A DNA stretch of 64,000 nucleotides from the human T2T-CHM13v2.0 reference genome, Homo sapiens (GCF_009914755.1 NC_060939.1); one strand, 5' to 3'; positions 14,643 through 27,232 are shown, numbered from the stretch's first letter. Program-made: numbers and translations. The notes: generated from the sequence alone by a model not told the origin.

Positions 14643-14711
14643 AATGACAATTATATAAAAATGTCAATACCATAATACAACTTTATTGTAAAGTTAATTT
14701 GATGAATGTTT

Positions 14712-15123
14712 TCTCAATCAAGCTTCCATCAGAGAAACAGAACCCATGCAATATATACCTATATAAAGAGATGTATTGCAAGGAATTGGTTTATAGTATT
14801 GTTGGAGCTGGCTAGGCTAGTCTGAAATCCAAAGGGTAGGACATCAGGAAGGGTAGGTTGGAAATTCTGCCACAGGAGTTAATTCTACTGTCTATGGCCC
14901 AACTCTCTTGTTTCCAAAGGAAGAAACACTGTTCTTAAGGCCTTTCAATGTATTAGATTGGGCTCACCTAGATTACCCAGGGTAAACTCTTTTGCATAAA
15001 GTCCATTGACTGTGGATATTAATCACATCTACTAAACTACCTTTGTAGCAACACCTAGCTTAGTGTTTGATTAAATAACTGGGACTATAACCTAGCCAAG
15101 CTGACATATAAAACTGATCATCA
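14712..15123 (-). mobile_element. MLT2 (MLT2D-like) ERV-L solo LTR
   Basis: CAGAGAAACAGAACC...GCAAGGAATTGG...GCAACACCTAGCTTAGTGTTTGATTAAATAACTGGG...CTAGCCAAGCTGACATATAAAA. Confidence 0.88.
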
Positions 15124-15132
15124 TTCATGTCA

Positions 15133-15360
<228 letters not shown>

Positions 15361-16860
15361 CATCAATTTATTTTTTTAATCATATCTGTTGTGTTTAGAA
15401 ATAAGTGCTTCTCAGGTATGAGGTGATTTTTTAATAGAGTCAAACCAAAATTTTACAATTGTAATACACTGTGATAGAAATAAGCAGAGTTAGACATTTT
15501 TTTTAGACCTAAGATATCCCCAAGTCCCCAGTGCTTCCCTGTTACCTCCAAAAACATCCAACCTAGTCCCAACCTACCATTCCCAATCCTTCCTTCTTTA
15601 CTCCACACCTCCTCATTTGAGCTACTCAGATCTTTTATCATTCACTGTGGGTGCCATACCCTTCCATGGCATGTACAGCACATACTGTTGTACCAGCCTA
15701 GAATGGAGGGGAAACACCCAAATGAATGAGTGAGAGATTAAAAAAGCAGGAAGCAGATGAAGGAAGCACAGCCATGCAAGGTGTCATGGCTCCATGCGCG
15801 CTGACTACTGAGAAGAGCACACCAATGTCTTCGTCCTCAGGCACAATCCTGCTGACCCTCCTAGTCACTGATTCAGAGTCAGGCCCCTAGCTCCTAGTGC
15901 TCTGCACAGCAGGTTGATACTCCAGACCCATAGAATTCCTGCCTGGGACCCAGGTGCTCTGCATTTCCTAGACAGGGACAGTGTGAGGGCTCCTGGTTTC
16001 AGAAGAGGTACAAGATCTCAAAGTTTGGTGATTACGTAGCTAATGGGGTATTAACGCTTCATTAAGGCTTTACAGAAGCAGCTACTCTAGAGAAGGTGAT
16101 GAAGAGTTCAGTCAATCTTATTAGAGGCTCTGAAAGTGCTGGAAATATCCCTCAAGTTATCTGTCTCCCAGCTGAAGTGGGGGTCCACCTTAAGCTTCCT
16201 TTTTTTGGTAGTCAGAGGAGTTATTTATGGCAGGAGAAAGAGCGCCTCCTCTTCTCTGTGAGATGTTGAATAGGGCTGAAAATTTTTACACTTGCAGTTA
16301 GAGTTTAGACAAGATTAGTTAAGATGTTTGAAATAGCATGAACTGCTATTCAGGATTAAGCAACCCCAATTATAGGTCAATCCTTGAAACGATTAAAAGA
16401 CATTAAACATCAGTTTTATTAGATGTCCAAGTCCAGGAGAAGGGTCATGAATTAGAGACAATAATTCTTTTGGCCAGGGCTAAAGACAAACTTTTTCCAT
16501 TAGAAATCATGTTGAGGCTCAACTGACTGACTCTTATGCCTGTGGTCATTAGAAAGTCCTCGGGGGCAGCATTTCTGATAGTTGAGGCCATTCTCAGTTT
16601 AGAGCAAACCCCACACAAGCAAATAAAAAGCTTAAGGCTCTGTTCACTAGGACAGCACTTCTGTAGGATCCCAATCTCATGGTGACTCAACTTGGACAAG
16701 GTCAAATTTTTGTTCCTTATCCATTAAGGAGACTGCTGCCGATGGATCACTCTCTAGTGATAGAACTATATGGGTACACTGAACTCTAGGATGGAGTCTT
16801 TCTGCTCTTCTCTCCATCCGTGGTAGCAAGCACAGCACTTGATTGTTTTACTGAAGAGGC

Positions 16861-17025
16861 TGTTAGCACTATGGTTAAGAGCCATCTATGGGAGCTCAGA
16901 CTTCAGCCTGGCCACCTTCTAGCTGCATGACCCACTAACCATGTCTCACCTTCTTCATCCATCCAGAGGTGCTGATAATTTTCTTCCCACTTTAGGGTGT
17001 TACATAGAATAAATGAGTGAGAATT
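16861..17025 (+). mobile_element. MIR
   Basis: AGCACTATGGTTAAGAGC...CTAGCTGCATGACC...TAGGGTGTT...AAATGAG. Confidence 0.65.
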
Positions 17026-20000
17026 GCCACATTTTATGTTTCTAAAACTCCATCTGAATTCAAGTTCTCACACACCTAGATGTGAGAGATCCAAACGTCT
17101 GCCTGACTTGAGGTGTTTCCTCTTCCTAGGATGGCACAAGAAAAATGTGTGGGGGAGGGAGCTGGTTAAACCGCACCTGCTAAGCAGGGAAAGAACCTCT
17201 GGACTAGTGGCTGACGTAATCATGACCTCTGAGATGTTCATTGTCCAAGTCCATTTTCAGGCCTGTTATTCCATCCTCTAAGCCAATACTAGAGTTTGGT
17301 CCCCCCTAACCATTTCAGATAAGCCCCTGGGAAGTCCCAACACTGGTCCAGCCTCAGGAGCTAGGTTTGTCCTCCCTCAGAAGCAAGCAGGGAAAGAAAC
17401 TGAAGACGCTAGTTTTAGTTAAATATCTGGGAAGGGTTTAGGCAAGCACCATGGCTTGAAGTCGGTAGAACTGTTTAAGGGAGATGTTTGGGGGCAAAAA
17501 TCAAGCTGGTTTGAGGCAAAATGGTTGATGTCCAGTCATAGAGAAGTTTTTCTTTCCTCTGTGCTCAGAACACTGTGATGTTTGGCAACCCTGGGCTGGA
17601 AGCTTTGAGAGCATCTGTCATCCTGTGTCTAGTTCCCATGGTGAGCTGAAATAATCAGGCTGAGGCCTCATGGACAGCAGGTATGGACAGGTGGGAAAGG
17701 AGCAGGGAGGAGGCCCAGTGTGGTATGGAGGCTGCGGGACACAGACTGGTTGAAGAAACTTCCAGAAATAACTGGAGGGCACTTGGAGGACTATTAATTT
17801 TTAGCAGTCAGGTCTGCAGGGGCTCAAATGCCATAATTAGGTCATTAAAAGTAAATGTGATAGAACTTTATATTGAACCAAATGCTTGGCCAACAGGGAC
17901 TATGGAAAAAAATGTTTTCAGATATTAAAAGAAGAATATGAATCTTCATTTTATGCACAGACAGGTAAGATCTAGGTAGTATATTCATACTCACATTTAC
18001 AAATGGGTACATATTTCAAGCTCATAAAACAAGGATCTAGTCTCAAATTCTACTGATTCGGTGAGATACTAGGTGTCAGTTATGCTCTATTCCAAAGCTA
18101 GGTTCTAGATCACCTAAACAAAAGCTCTAAAGGAAGTGAGAACCCTGGTTTGAGGACTATACCCAACCCCATACCTCCAGCTTATAAAAGACTGCACAGG
18201 AGAAGTTTGAAATTGGCAAGCATGGTCTGCTATTCTGCCAGTCTCAAGCTGGCTGAAAGGGCACAGAGTACTCCTACAGAATTCAACGTGTGTGCCTAGG
18301 CCCTGTGCCACCTGCCTCCACTGAAAGAATAATCTGATGTGAGGCTGACCTTTGCAGCGTGACTTTAGCAGCCTGCTCTCCAGACAGCAGACAGTGCGGA
18401 CCATGTGAGAGAGTCAGCTGTGAGTTTACCTGGGCATGGGGGGCTAGAGTCATCCCATCAGTTACAAGCTGAATGTCATCTTCCAATTGCCCAGGCAGAA
18501 GAAGGGAAGAACAGAACTGTGGCTGAGGGACCCTAGCTAAAGCTGGAGAGGTGATATCTGAAAATGCCCAGGAAAAAGGTCATCTTCAACTTCTGCTTCA
18601 ATTGGGTAGAAGAAATGAAAGCTATAATAGTGGTAATCAAATGAAACGTTTCTCATTCCTTGCCCCTTGTTCCTCCTTGCTCTCCACCGTGCCTCAATTC
18701 AAATAATAAAACTATTCGAATCTGAAACCCGAAGCAAAGCGGACCAGGGAGGAGCTGGAAGAGATCCAGAGAGAGGCAGCCAACCTTATCCCACCTCCTT
18801 GACTGCAAGTTTCAGCCTGGGGGAGGGAAGGAGTTTTAATTTTGATGATATTCAAAAGATCTATTATTATATTGGACAGGCCAATTAATGAACGGAGACT
18901 TTTTTAGAGAATAATATGACCAGTTTTATTATGTTTTATTATTATGTTTTATTATGTGGGACTCACTAGAAAAAATCATAAGACCTGCCCTAGATTTCAT
19001 CGAAGTCATGGGGAGAAAACCTATCCTACAGAATATGTTTGAAGGGCAGTGGCTGGTGAAGAGGAGGAAATATGATTTTTCACTGCACCATGGAACTCGT
19101 TTACTTAATGAAACTGGCTACATCCACCCACAGTCACATTCCTTATGCCCATTAGCTTAGCCCCTTCCTCACTTTCCTTATCTCTATTGTGTCCAGTTTC
19201 TGAAAACCGTATGTTGCTCTCCTTCGTTACTCTGCTTAACTCTCTCTGCCACATATGCAGGCACTCCTACAGCCCTTCCTGGCCTGGAGGCACTGCTCTA
19301 AACTTCTGCTTGCTTTGCTGGGGCTCCGAGATGCGCCCTGTCTCTCAGGATCACCCTTCCCTAGGATTGGTTCATGCCCTATACAATCCAGCTCTCGGCT
19401 GGCGTCCACCTAAAGTGAGGACGGGGCCTGGTTGGCTTTCTCTTCCCCCTCTTCCTCCTGTATTACTGCTAGACTTTTGTATCATGTCCAAGCCTCTCCA
19501 GTTGAAGACACAGATGGCCTTTGGGAAGTTTTCTAGAGCCCCTGCTACAGAATTTTATTTTTCCTTTTTAAAATTTTTTGGAGAAGGGAGAGAAAAATTT
19601 TGCTTATTACATAGGCAGCACCTGTTTACCATGCATCCCTAATTTCTGGTGTCATAACTAATTATTTGATGGCTCCGAGAGGAACTTCCCATTCATTATA
19701 TGTCATTTAGCAGCAAATAACTTAAAGCAAAGCAATAGTTCGACAAAATATATGCTGCATTAAGTTGGATGTGAAGTTATGAGGGGAGAGAAACAGACAA
19801 CTCTCACACTGTAGAGTTTTAAAAATATATTTGTTTAAAATAACTAATTGCTGTGAGTGCCAGTAGAGTTGCAAAGGTGTGGGTTGTCAGAATCTGGATA
19901 TTCTTATCTCTTCGGTCACCCTACTGCCAAATTACTAAGAAATATGATGAGAACACGCTTTATAGTCAAGAAGGTGATTTTCAAGAAATAAGACTAATGT

Positions 20001-20229
20001 TGAGGTTAAATTGATTTATTGAAAATCTGGAATAAACACTTTCTTAATTTTCTTATGGAGAGCCCTGACCTCTGGGAATAAAAGGTTTTGGGTTTTGTTT
20101 TTTCTGTATCCACCCTAAATTACCTGTCTGATCGTAAAGAGGCTTTTGTGACACATAATTATTTTATCTAAAGACATTCTGAGGTTTTTTTTTTTTTGGT
20201 TGTTTTCTTCTTGTATCTCCTTATAAAAA

Positions 20230-21100
20230 TATTCAAATGGTAGACCCTGGGTTAAAGGACTTTCTATTAGGTTAACATATTAGATTGCCAATATATTATT
20301 TTTTTACTTACAAAAGTGTCAGTTTTATGCAGTTTAACTTAATACTGGTCTTGAAGCCAGTTACTGGCCAAAGTATGAGATAAACCATCTTTATTTATAG
20401 ACAACAATCATATAATCCTGGATTTCTACTGATTCCCACTATAGCTTGCTGGTTTAGTAGCCATTTGAGCTCAATATCATTAACTATAAATACCTCAAGC
20501 AGCAGACATAATAGGGATTTGAGAACATGGCTGGTACAGTAGAAAACAAAACTGTCAAAACAACCAGTTGAATATCTTGTCTCAACACTAAATTGGGCTG
20601 GTTTACACACCTAATAAGACCAATCATGTTCCAACTGGTCAGAGAGAGGATCAAAAGCCAACTCATTACAAAGTGGTCTGTTCAGTGGTCAGCAATAAAT
20701 CTACTCAATATGGTTGTGAACTTGGTTGAGTTGAGCATCAAAAACTACTTATGGTGGGAGTGCTGATGGTAAAAGGACAAATCTACTGGAGTAACTAGAG
20801 TTTCTCATTACTCACATATTATCACCACTAGCAGAAATGGTGGAAAGCTCTTAACTGCGAGTTTCTCATCTTACTTGTTGAGAATAATCACTTGTACCCA
20901 AATTCAGATATTGTTGCCTTGGTACTAACATACTGGAATGGTAGAATTCAAAGAAGCAGATAATCTGGAAGGAAATACAACTATGGCTAACAATGGCTAC
21001 CTTCTCCAGGTGCATGGAGGAATCATACCTGCCAGCTTCTCTGAGAGAAGAAGGGGTACTGGATCCTGAATTACAATTGAAGCTCATTCTTTCACAAACA
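20230..21100 (+). mobile_element. putative highly degenerate ERV-L-like internal (pol) relic
   Basis: Frameshifted motif remnants occur in the expected order; see finding. There is no intact ORF. Confidence 0.45.
20349..20475 (+). repeat. 127-bp direct repeat, copy 1
   Basis: Ungapped match to 21568-21694 with 11 mismatches by manual alignment. Confidence 0.95.
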
Positions 21101-21239
21101 GCAACAAGATAAATGAGGGTCAAATAATCTAGCACTGTGTGAAATTTCAAAACTCAACACTTCCACCCAGAGTTAAAGATGGTCAAATAGAGAAAACAGA
21201 AGAGTGAACCAAAGTTCAATTGGAAGTAGAACCACTAAG

Positions 21240-21567
21240 ATAAAGATAGATAGATATCTCATAGTTATATGTATGTGTGTATATCTATAAAATAGCTATA
21301 AATACATATAAATATAATATATGGTTATATCTATATGATATATAGTTATAAGTTAGTTATCAATAGATATATAGATCCATTATATATAGATATAACTATA
21401 ATTATAGATATAACCATATAGTTATATAACTACATATAGATATAACTAGTTATATAGATATACATAGATATATAGATAACTATATAGTTATATAACTATA
21501 TGGATAACTATATATATATAAAACCATTACATATAACTATATAGTTAATATCAACTTAATACATAGA
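21240..21567. repeat. TA-rich simple repeat (GATA/TATAGATATAACTA-type units)
   Basis: Degenerate arrays of TATATAGATATAAC / TAGTTATATA. Confidence 0.9.
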
Positions 21568-21694
21568 TCTTGAAGCCAGTTACTGGCCAAAGCATTAGAT
21601 AAACCATCTTCGTTTATAGACAACAACCATATAATCCTTGGTTTCTACTGATTCTCCCTATGGCTTGCTGGTTTAGTAACCATTTGAGCTCAAT
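21568..21694 (+). repeat. 127-bp direct repeat, copy 2
   Basis: TCTTGAAGCCAGTTACTGGCCAAAG...CCATTTGAGCTCAAT. Confidence 0.95.
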
Positions 21695-21797
21695 GTGTCT
21701 ATCTACCTATCTATAACTACTTCTCAATAAATAGGTTCATCTTAAGTGGAAACATGTAAGTCGTAGAATTCTAAGAAATATGTTCAGCCTAGCCAAG

Positions 21798-22325
21798 TGT
21801 TGTGCTGAACTCCTATTAACCACAACAGAGAAGGCACCAGTTTTAAGAGACCTATGAGGAGACCCAGAGCCAGCAAATGAGACATGGGGTTTTATTAGGA
21901 GCTTACATACAGGGGAGAGGGTCCTGTGGCGGTGGACTGGTCAGAAGAACCGCCTTATGCACAGAAATGGCCCAGTGGCATTGGGCTGGATAACATATTT
22001 GCATGGCCCAGGCTGGGCAGGAAAACTGTAACCACTTGCAAGCAGCATGCATCTTGTAGAGCATTTTTAACTTAACACCCTTCCCCTAATGACCTCCACT
22101 GGCAACCTTCATTTAACACAACACTCAGGGCCCTCAAACCTCTGTACTGCCCATGTTCCACAGAATGGGTCAGGGGCTCAGATGTTCCTCATAGACAGAC
22201 GATGAAGTTCTGAGTTTGCTATTTTTGGATTCCCTATCTTAAAACACACACTCAGGTGCGTCTGCCAAACAGGGTCGTTCTAAGGGTATGCTTAAGTTAT
22301 TGCTATCAGGTGCATTTACCCTACA
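21798..22325 (-). mobile_element. LTR47-family solo LTR
   Basis: TG...CA termini. Minus strand begins TGTAGGGTAAATGCACCTGATAGCAATAACTTAAGCATACCC. Perfect 5-bp TSD CCAAG at 21793-21797 and 22326-22330. Confidence 0.88.
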
Positions 22326-22678
22326 CCAAGATGACACACTACAAATCCATCTGGGGAAGCCTGATTTTCACGTATTTACCCAATGTTATCTGCTAGTAGG
22401 TATTCCCTGACCATACTGTGCCGTCCTCTGGATACAGCCAGGGAGAGGAGAGAGAGCAAAGAAAGGGTGAGGGGCCAACCAGCCCTGCCTCACCTCTGCA
22501 AACATAACATTTTAAACTGCTCTAAGCCAAGCCAAGAAAGAAGTCAGTAAGCCTAAGGCTATTGGAATGGGCAGAACATCTATTCTATTGCTGAGACAAA
22601 TGAGCAAAGACGGGCTTCTTATACAAGTCAAACAATTCAACACGAGTTTTGGTGTTAGTTATCAGAGCATACAGACTT

Positions 22679-23268
22679 TGTGTGGTTATGATTTCTTTCT
22701 AACCTGGTCCTGAGATCTCTTTGTTGAGAGTGGCCATAGCTGATACAGTCACTCTCAAGAAAAGTCCTAAGTGAAGGGAGAAAGTTAGGTTTTGGTGTGT
22801 TACTCAAGTGAGATACGACGAGGCAGGAAAACCAAAATGCATGAAGCAGAAGAAATGTATTACTTACAAATCCCAGAGAGGTTGAGGAGGCCCACGGAAT
22901 GTCCGAAAGCAGCAGGGAGTGCGACCAGGGGTGAGGCGCTCAGGAGAGAGGAGACCTGTGGGACTAGGCCTTTATTAAGGTCCGTGGATGTCTTGTAGGC
23001 CTTTTCCTGGCAGGTGTGGATTGGCTAACTTAAAGAAAACACGTGCAAAGAGTCACATGACTCTTACATTGACCATTGGGTTTTATCATGAATAGCAGCT
23101 GTAGGATGCCTTGGATTTGGGGTTGGTGAGATGAGGAACAACCGGGAGGTGTCACACTCAGCCACTAGAGGGCAACGTTGAACTAGGCCAAAGGTGATGG
23201 GGCACGACTAGGTTTCAAATAACTTACGTGAGGCTTAAAGCAATGACTTTATTAACTAATTTATGACA
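22679..23268 (-). mobile_element. ERV solo LTR, family uncertain (ERV-L-like)
   Basis: ~590-bp block with TG...CA ends and LTR-like GGCCTTTATTAAGG and GATTGGCT signals. Orientation is inferred. Confidence 0.6.
23159..23177 (+). promoter_or_regulatory. CTCF-like motif
   Basis: CAGCCACTAGAGGGCAAC matches the CTCF core CCAC(C/T)AG(A/G)GGGC. Confidence 0.55.
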
Positions 23269-24359
23269 AGATTTCAGAATTCCAGCAGAGCGACTGTCTA
23301 TGAAGGCAGTGTGTTTCGAGAGAAAGTCCTAGCCTGGCAGACCAGGACTTGTGACTCCTCCATTTCTAAAGCCATCATCCAGTCCTGGTGACTTAACTAA
23401 ATGAAGGTGAGTGCTAATAGATTCAGCCCCCACAAAGGGGAATGATTCTGGTCACCCTTCTCAGAATCAGGTGTGTTCACCGAACAAGGTGGTTAAGTGT
23501 GGGCGTCCCTGTGATCCAGGTGCAAGCAATTGGCTGATGAAGAACCGCCTCTTCAGGCCCCAGAAGTAAGCCTTTGAAAGCTCTCTCATACAGTGCTGCC
23601 CTGTGCTCTGATGATCTTGGGAAAAGGGGAACTTTTCCAAGGAGAGATTTTATTTGTAGTTATCCCAGATCACCAGAGTAGAGGCTTCTGTATTTGGCCC
23701 TAACAAAGAAGAATGCATACCACCCAGAGAGCTTGGACTCTGAGCAAGATGAAGTATGCAGACATACCTTTGCGTGGTCTCCCTTTGGAAAGGAGGGGAG
23801 CGTGTTGTAGTTGTCTGTATCAGGCAAGATAATAACTTTAAAAGAGTATAAAGCAAAATGGCAATACCTGGGTGCTAGGTTGCCTTGTGATGAAATGTAG
23901 TGGATTTGGATTGTTTTTGTCTGTCCAATACTTTTTCCTCTTTGGGAGAATTGGCTCTTCCCATAATCTTTATGACTGAGTGGGACCCTCACAGCACAGA
24001 CCTCTTCTTGGTCACAGCAATGGGCATAGGATCCAAGATATGTTCCATTGATCAATTGATCTATCTTTACATCTACCTTTCTTTCTAACTACTTACTTAT
24101 TTATTAACTATCTATATATTTACCTCTCTTTCCATCTTTGTATTTACTTCTCTTTCACCTATCTACCTACAGATAAAAATAGATGTAGACGAAAATGTGT
24201 TTATATATGAAAAATAATGTTACCAGAGGCAACAAATTCCCTTCAACCAGCTTGAATTTGGTTTCTGATATTTGTATCTAAATGGAGTTTGGTCAATTCC
24301 ACACTCTTTGTCCCAGTTTTGCTTACATAGTATACAATCTCAAAAATAAAGCAAAGAGT

Positions 24360-24500
24360 ATCATTCTCTTCCTTTCCTTTTAAGATAACAGGCACACGGA
24401 GAGTTTAAGTAAAATACTCAAGGCCATGCAGCTTTTAAGTTGCTGACCTGGGATGTGAGCTCAAGCCTGTGTGACTCAAGCCTTAGCACATTTCTTGTGT
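24360..24500 (-). mobile_element. MIR
   Basis: GGCACACGGAGAGTTTAAGTAAAATACTCAAGGCCATGCAGC...CAAGCCTGTGTGACTC. Confidence 0.7.
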
Positions 24501-24834
24501 GCCAATCTTTTTTTCCTTTCTTGGTATCATGATAAATACGACATTTCATGGACTCATTGGCAAAAACCACCTGGTTTCACAAATAAAAATGAAGCCTGTG
24601 GAGGCACTGTGCAGAAAAAGCAGAGTGTTTGGACATTCAACTATTTTTTAAAAGAGAAAAAGTGAATTTAGCCAGAATCATGTTAATAAATATAGTTTTA
24701 TATTAATAGCACCTTACATCTGTGCGTCTCTATTTTACAGAGCACCGTGATATATCCTTCCTTTCTCAGTAAATTATTTAAATTACTCTGGTAAGCTGGC
24801 AGAGTACTCGTTATGATTGCAGAGAGGCCATGTG

Positions 24835-24935
24835 TTCTGGGCTCAGAGAGGCAAGGTACTTTGCCTAATGTTTCACAGCTAGGAAGAGATAAAAGCAAGA
24901 CTTGGGCCCAAATCTTCTGACTCCAAGCTACAGTT
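24835..24935 (-). mobile_element. MIR
   Basis: GGCTCAGAGAGGCAAGGTACTTTGCCTAATGTTTCACAGCTAGGAAG...TTCTGACTCCAAG. Confidence 0.75.
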
Positions 24936-25703
24936 CTCCAATTAATGGGAAAAATGGCATTTCTAACCCAGTGACCGTTGTGAGATTATTCTATGTGTGG
25001 TATTTTAAACCCTGCTAGGTAATTTAAGTTAAAAAATGGTTCTTTTCTTGTTTCATGGAAAGACGTTGTTTCTGTCTTCTCTCTCTTCCTCTCTGAATCC
25101 CTTATTTATCCCACATAACCATGGACCCGAATGTTAATCCCAGTCACAATGATTGGATATATATGTTGATTTCTATGTGCCTGACTGTTAAACGCCAAAT
25201 AAAACCATTATCACACTCCCAAATTCTTGTTGCTCAAATTCATACCCCTTCTTTCTATTCTTTTTTAAAAGTCCTGATGCAATTCTGATCATGTGGGTCT
25301 CTTGCTTATAAAATTCAAAGTCTTCTTTGCATGGCATCTCACCCCTCACCCAATGCGATTCTGAAGCTCAGCCAGGATGGGATCCTGGTCCATGGAGGTC
25401 TCAGGTGAGTGACAGAAATATCTTGGGATCTGGGTTTTCTGAGATGCATGGTCAGCACAGCTGCAGAGGGAGGAGGAGAAGATCATGCAGGCCCTTGGCA
25501 GCCAGTGAAGGACAATGGGCTTATGTGTAAACATCGTTGACAGTGGACTGGAGTGGCAGGCAGATGGAGGAAGGGGAAAGGAACACAGCCAAGAGAGTGC
25601 ATGGAAAAATGCCACAAGTGCCTAGACAAGACGCCTGCAGCGCCAGGAGCAGCCAATCTTGGTCTCCATTATACCCAACTTGGTTTGTGGGATCAAGGTT
25701 GAT

Positions 25704-25717
25704 GGGGGGGGGGGGGG
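25704..25717 (+). repeat. G14 homopolymer
   Basis: 14 consecutive G. Confidence 0.95.
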
Positions 25718-26122
25718 AACGCTCTTACTCAAATGAATAATAAGATATGAAAATACACGATTTTGCTTTAAAATACCTACAAGAAAGAAAACATTTTAAA
25801 ATGCGCTTTCTCCATAACCCCCAATTTAATATTAGAAAGAATGGTAATGTGCAAAGAGTCTGAATTTTAACATTAATAAAATTAAATGGGAATTTGATTA
25901 TGCTGTGTTACAGCTACACATAATGTTCTCAAGCACAACTTTTGCAAATCTGTTAATTCCACTGGTGATTAGATATGTGCATTTCAACACATCTTGCTGC
26001 CCTTTGAAATCTAGTACAATCAAGATGTTAGATTGTAAGTTATTTTCTGGTTATTAAGATGCATTTCAATCCTCATCTTTAATCAACTGAAGATTCGCAA
26101 GATGGCTTTGATTCGCACACTG

Positions 26123-26124
<2 letters not shown>

Positions 26125-26154
<30 letters not shown>
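26125..26154. repeat. (GT)n microsatellite (~15 units)
   Basis: Pure GT run. Confidence 0.97.
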
Positions 26155-26155
<1 letters not shown>

Positions 26156-26919
26156 GTGCACACCTCAAATTGATGTGCTGTCTCTCTCATTTCCTGCATC
26201 TCAGGATGTTCCCTCCGGTATATGTTATTAATAAGGAATCTGTGTTCAGTTTCATGCACTTAAAAATGGGAGGGGGGGTGTTGGAAGGCTCTTTACATCC
26301 CTAAATCCTAGGGGGAGCCCCGTGGCTTGGCCCCTCCTGTCAGAGTCTATAAGGGAAGGCAGAACTCAGCGAGGCGGAGGGAACACAGCCAGTTGGTAGA
26401 TAACGCCTGGCTGCCCTCTGACCCTCGGGTTAAACTGCTGTCTGGGCTGCTCAATCTGGTAAGCCGAGTTCCAGGGAGGGAGAGCTGCCAGTTATCTGTC
26501 AATGCGCCAAGACATGGACTTCATCACAGAGAGGCACACGGACCAAATCTTCCTAATGACCTCTTTCAGGCCCCCCCTCTCTCTGCAGCACTGAGGCCAT
26601 TCTAGTATATACAATTTAGGGAGTTTCCAAATCATCGAGGAGCTGATGGCTTCTCTGGACCTTCCAGGGAAAGTAAAGGAAGGAGGTAACCTGTTTCTGG
26701 AACATTCTATTTCAGGCCTTCATGTGGTTATGTAAGCTGAGAGGATGGTGAGGCATATTCCCCCAAAGTGCTGCTGTCAGCACGAAGGACTCTGCAATTC
26801 TGTGGTTTAAATAAGCGGTGTACAGCGCCTCCACCAAGGATTTCAGTCAGGAGTAGAGGGATGGGAAGGAAAGACAGGACACTTTTATGTCAGATGCCAC
26901 TAGAATATACACAAAGACA

Positions 26920-27232
26920 AAGCAATCTGTTGAGAGTGAAGAGGACACACACAGAGACTGTGAGTACGCACAAAGAGAGCAAGGGAGAAGTGAGAGAGAC
27001 AGGCAGAAAGAGACACGAGGACAGAGAGACATGCAGAGAAAGGCACACAGAGCTGACAGACATAGCAACAGTAGACACAGAGACACAGATAGATGCAGAG
27101 AGAGGTAGAGACACAAACGCACAAAGGGAAAAAGAGATGGAGACAGGCAAAGAAACAGAGAGGCCCACAGAAAGGGAAGCAGAGAAAGAGGAAGAGACCG
27201 GCTGCCAGACAGACCAAGAGAGACAGAAAGAT
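26920..27232. repeat. (GA/GACA)-rich low-complexity tract
   Basis: AGAGAC/AGACAC degenerate units; source of several overlapping stop-poor ORFs. Confidence 0.85.

Noticed and set aside
19145-19642. 165-aa ORF (also 1957-2436 and 51575-52051)
   Set aside because: No recognisable homology, domain or exon structure; the lengths are compatible with chance in 64 kb.
21240-21567. Repeat array superficially like a spacer-repeat system
   Set aside because: It is a degenerate eukaryotic TA microsatellite with no constant repeat/unique spacer structure, so not CRISPR.
23278-23412. Possible internal exon (TTTCAG acceptor, AAG/GTGAGT donor); also CAG/GTGAGT at 25402-25410
   Set aside because: The polypyrimidine tracts are weak, there is no supporting reading frame, and isolated donor consensus matches are expected by chance.
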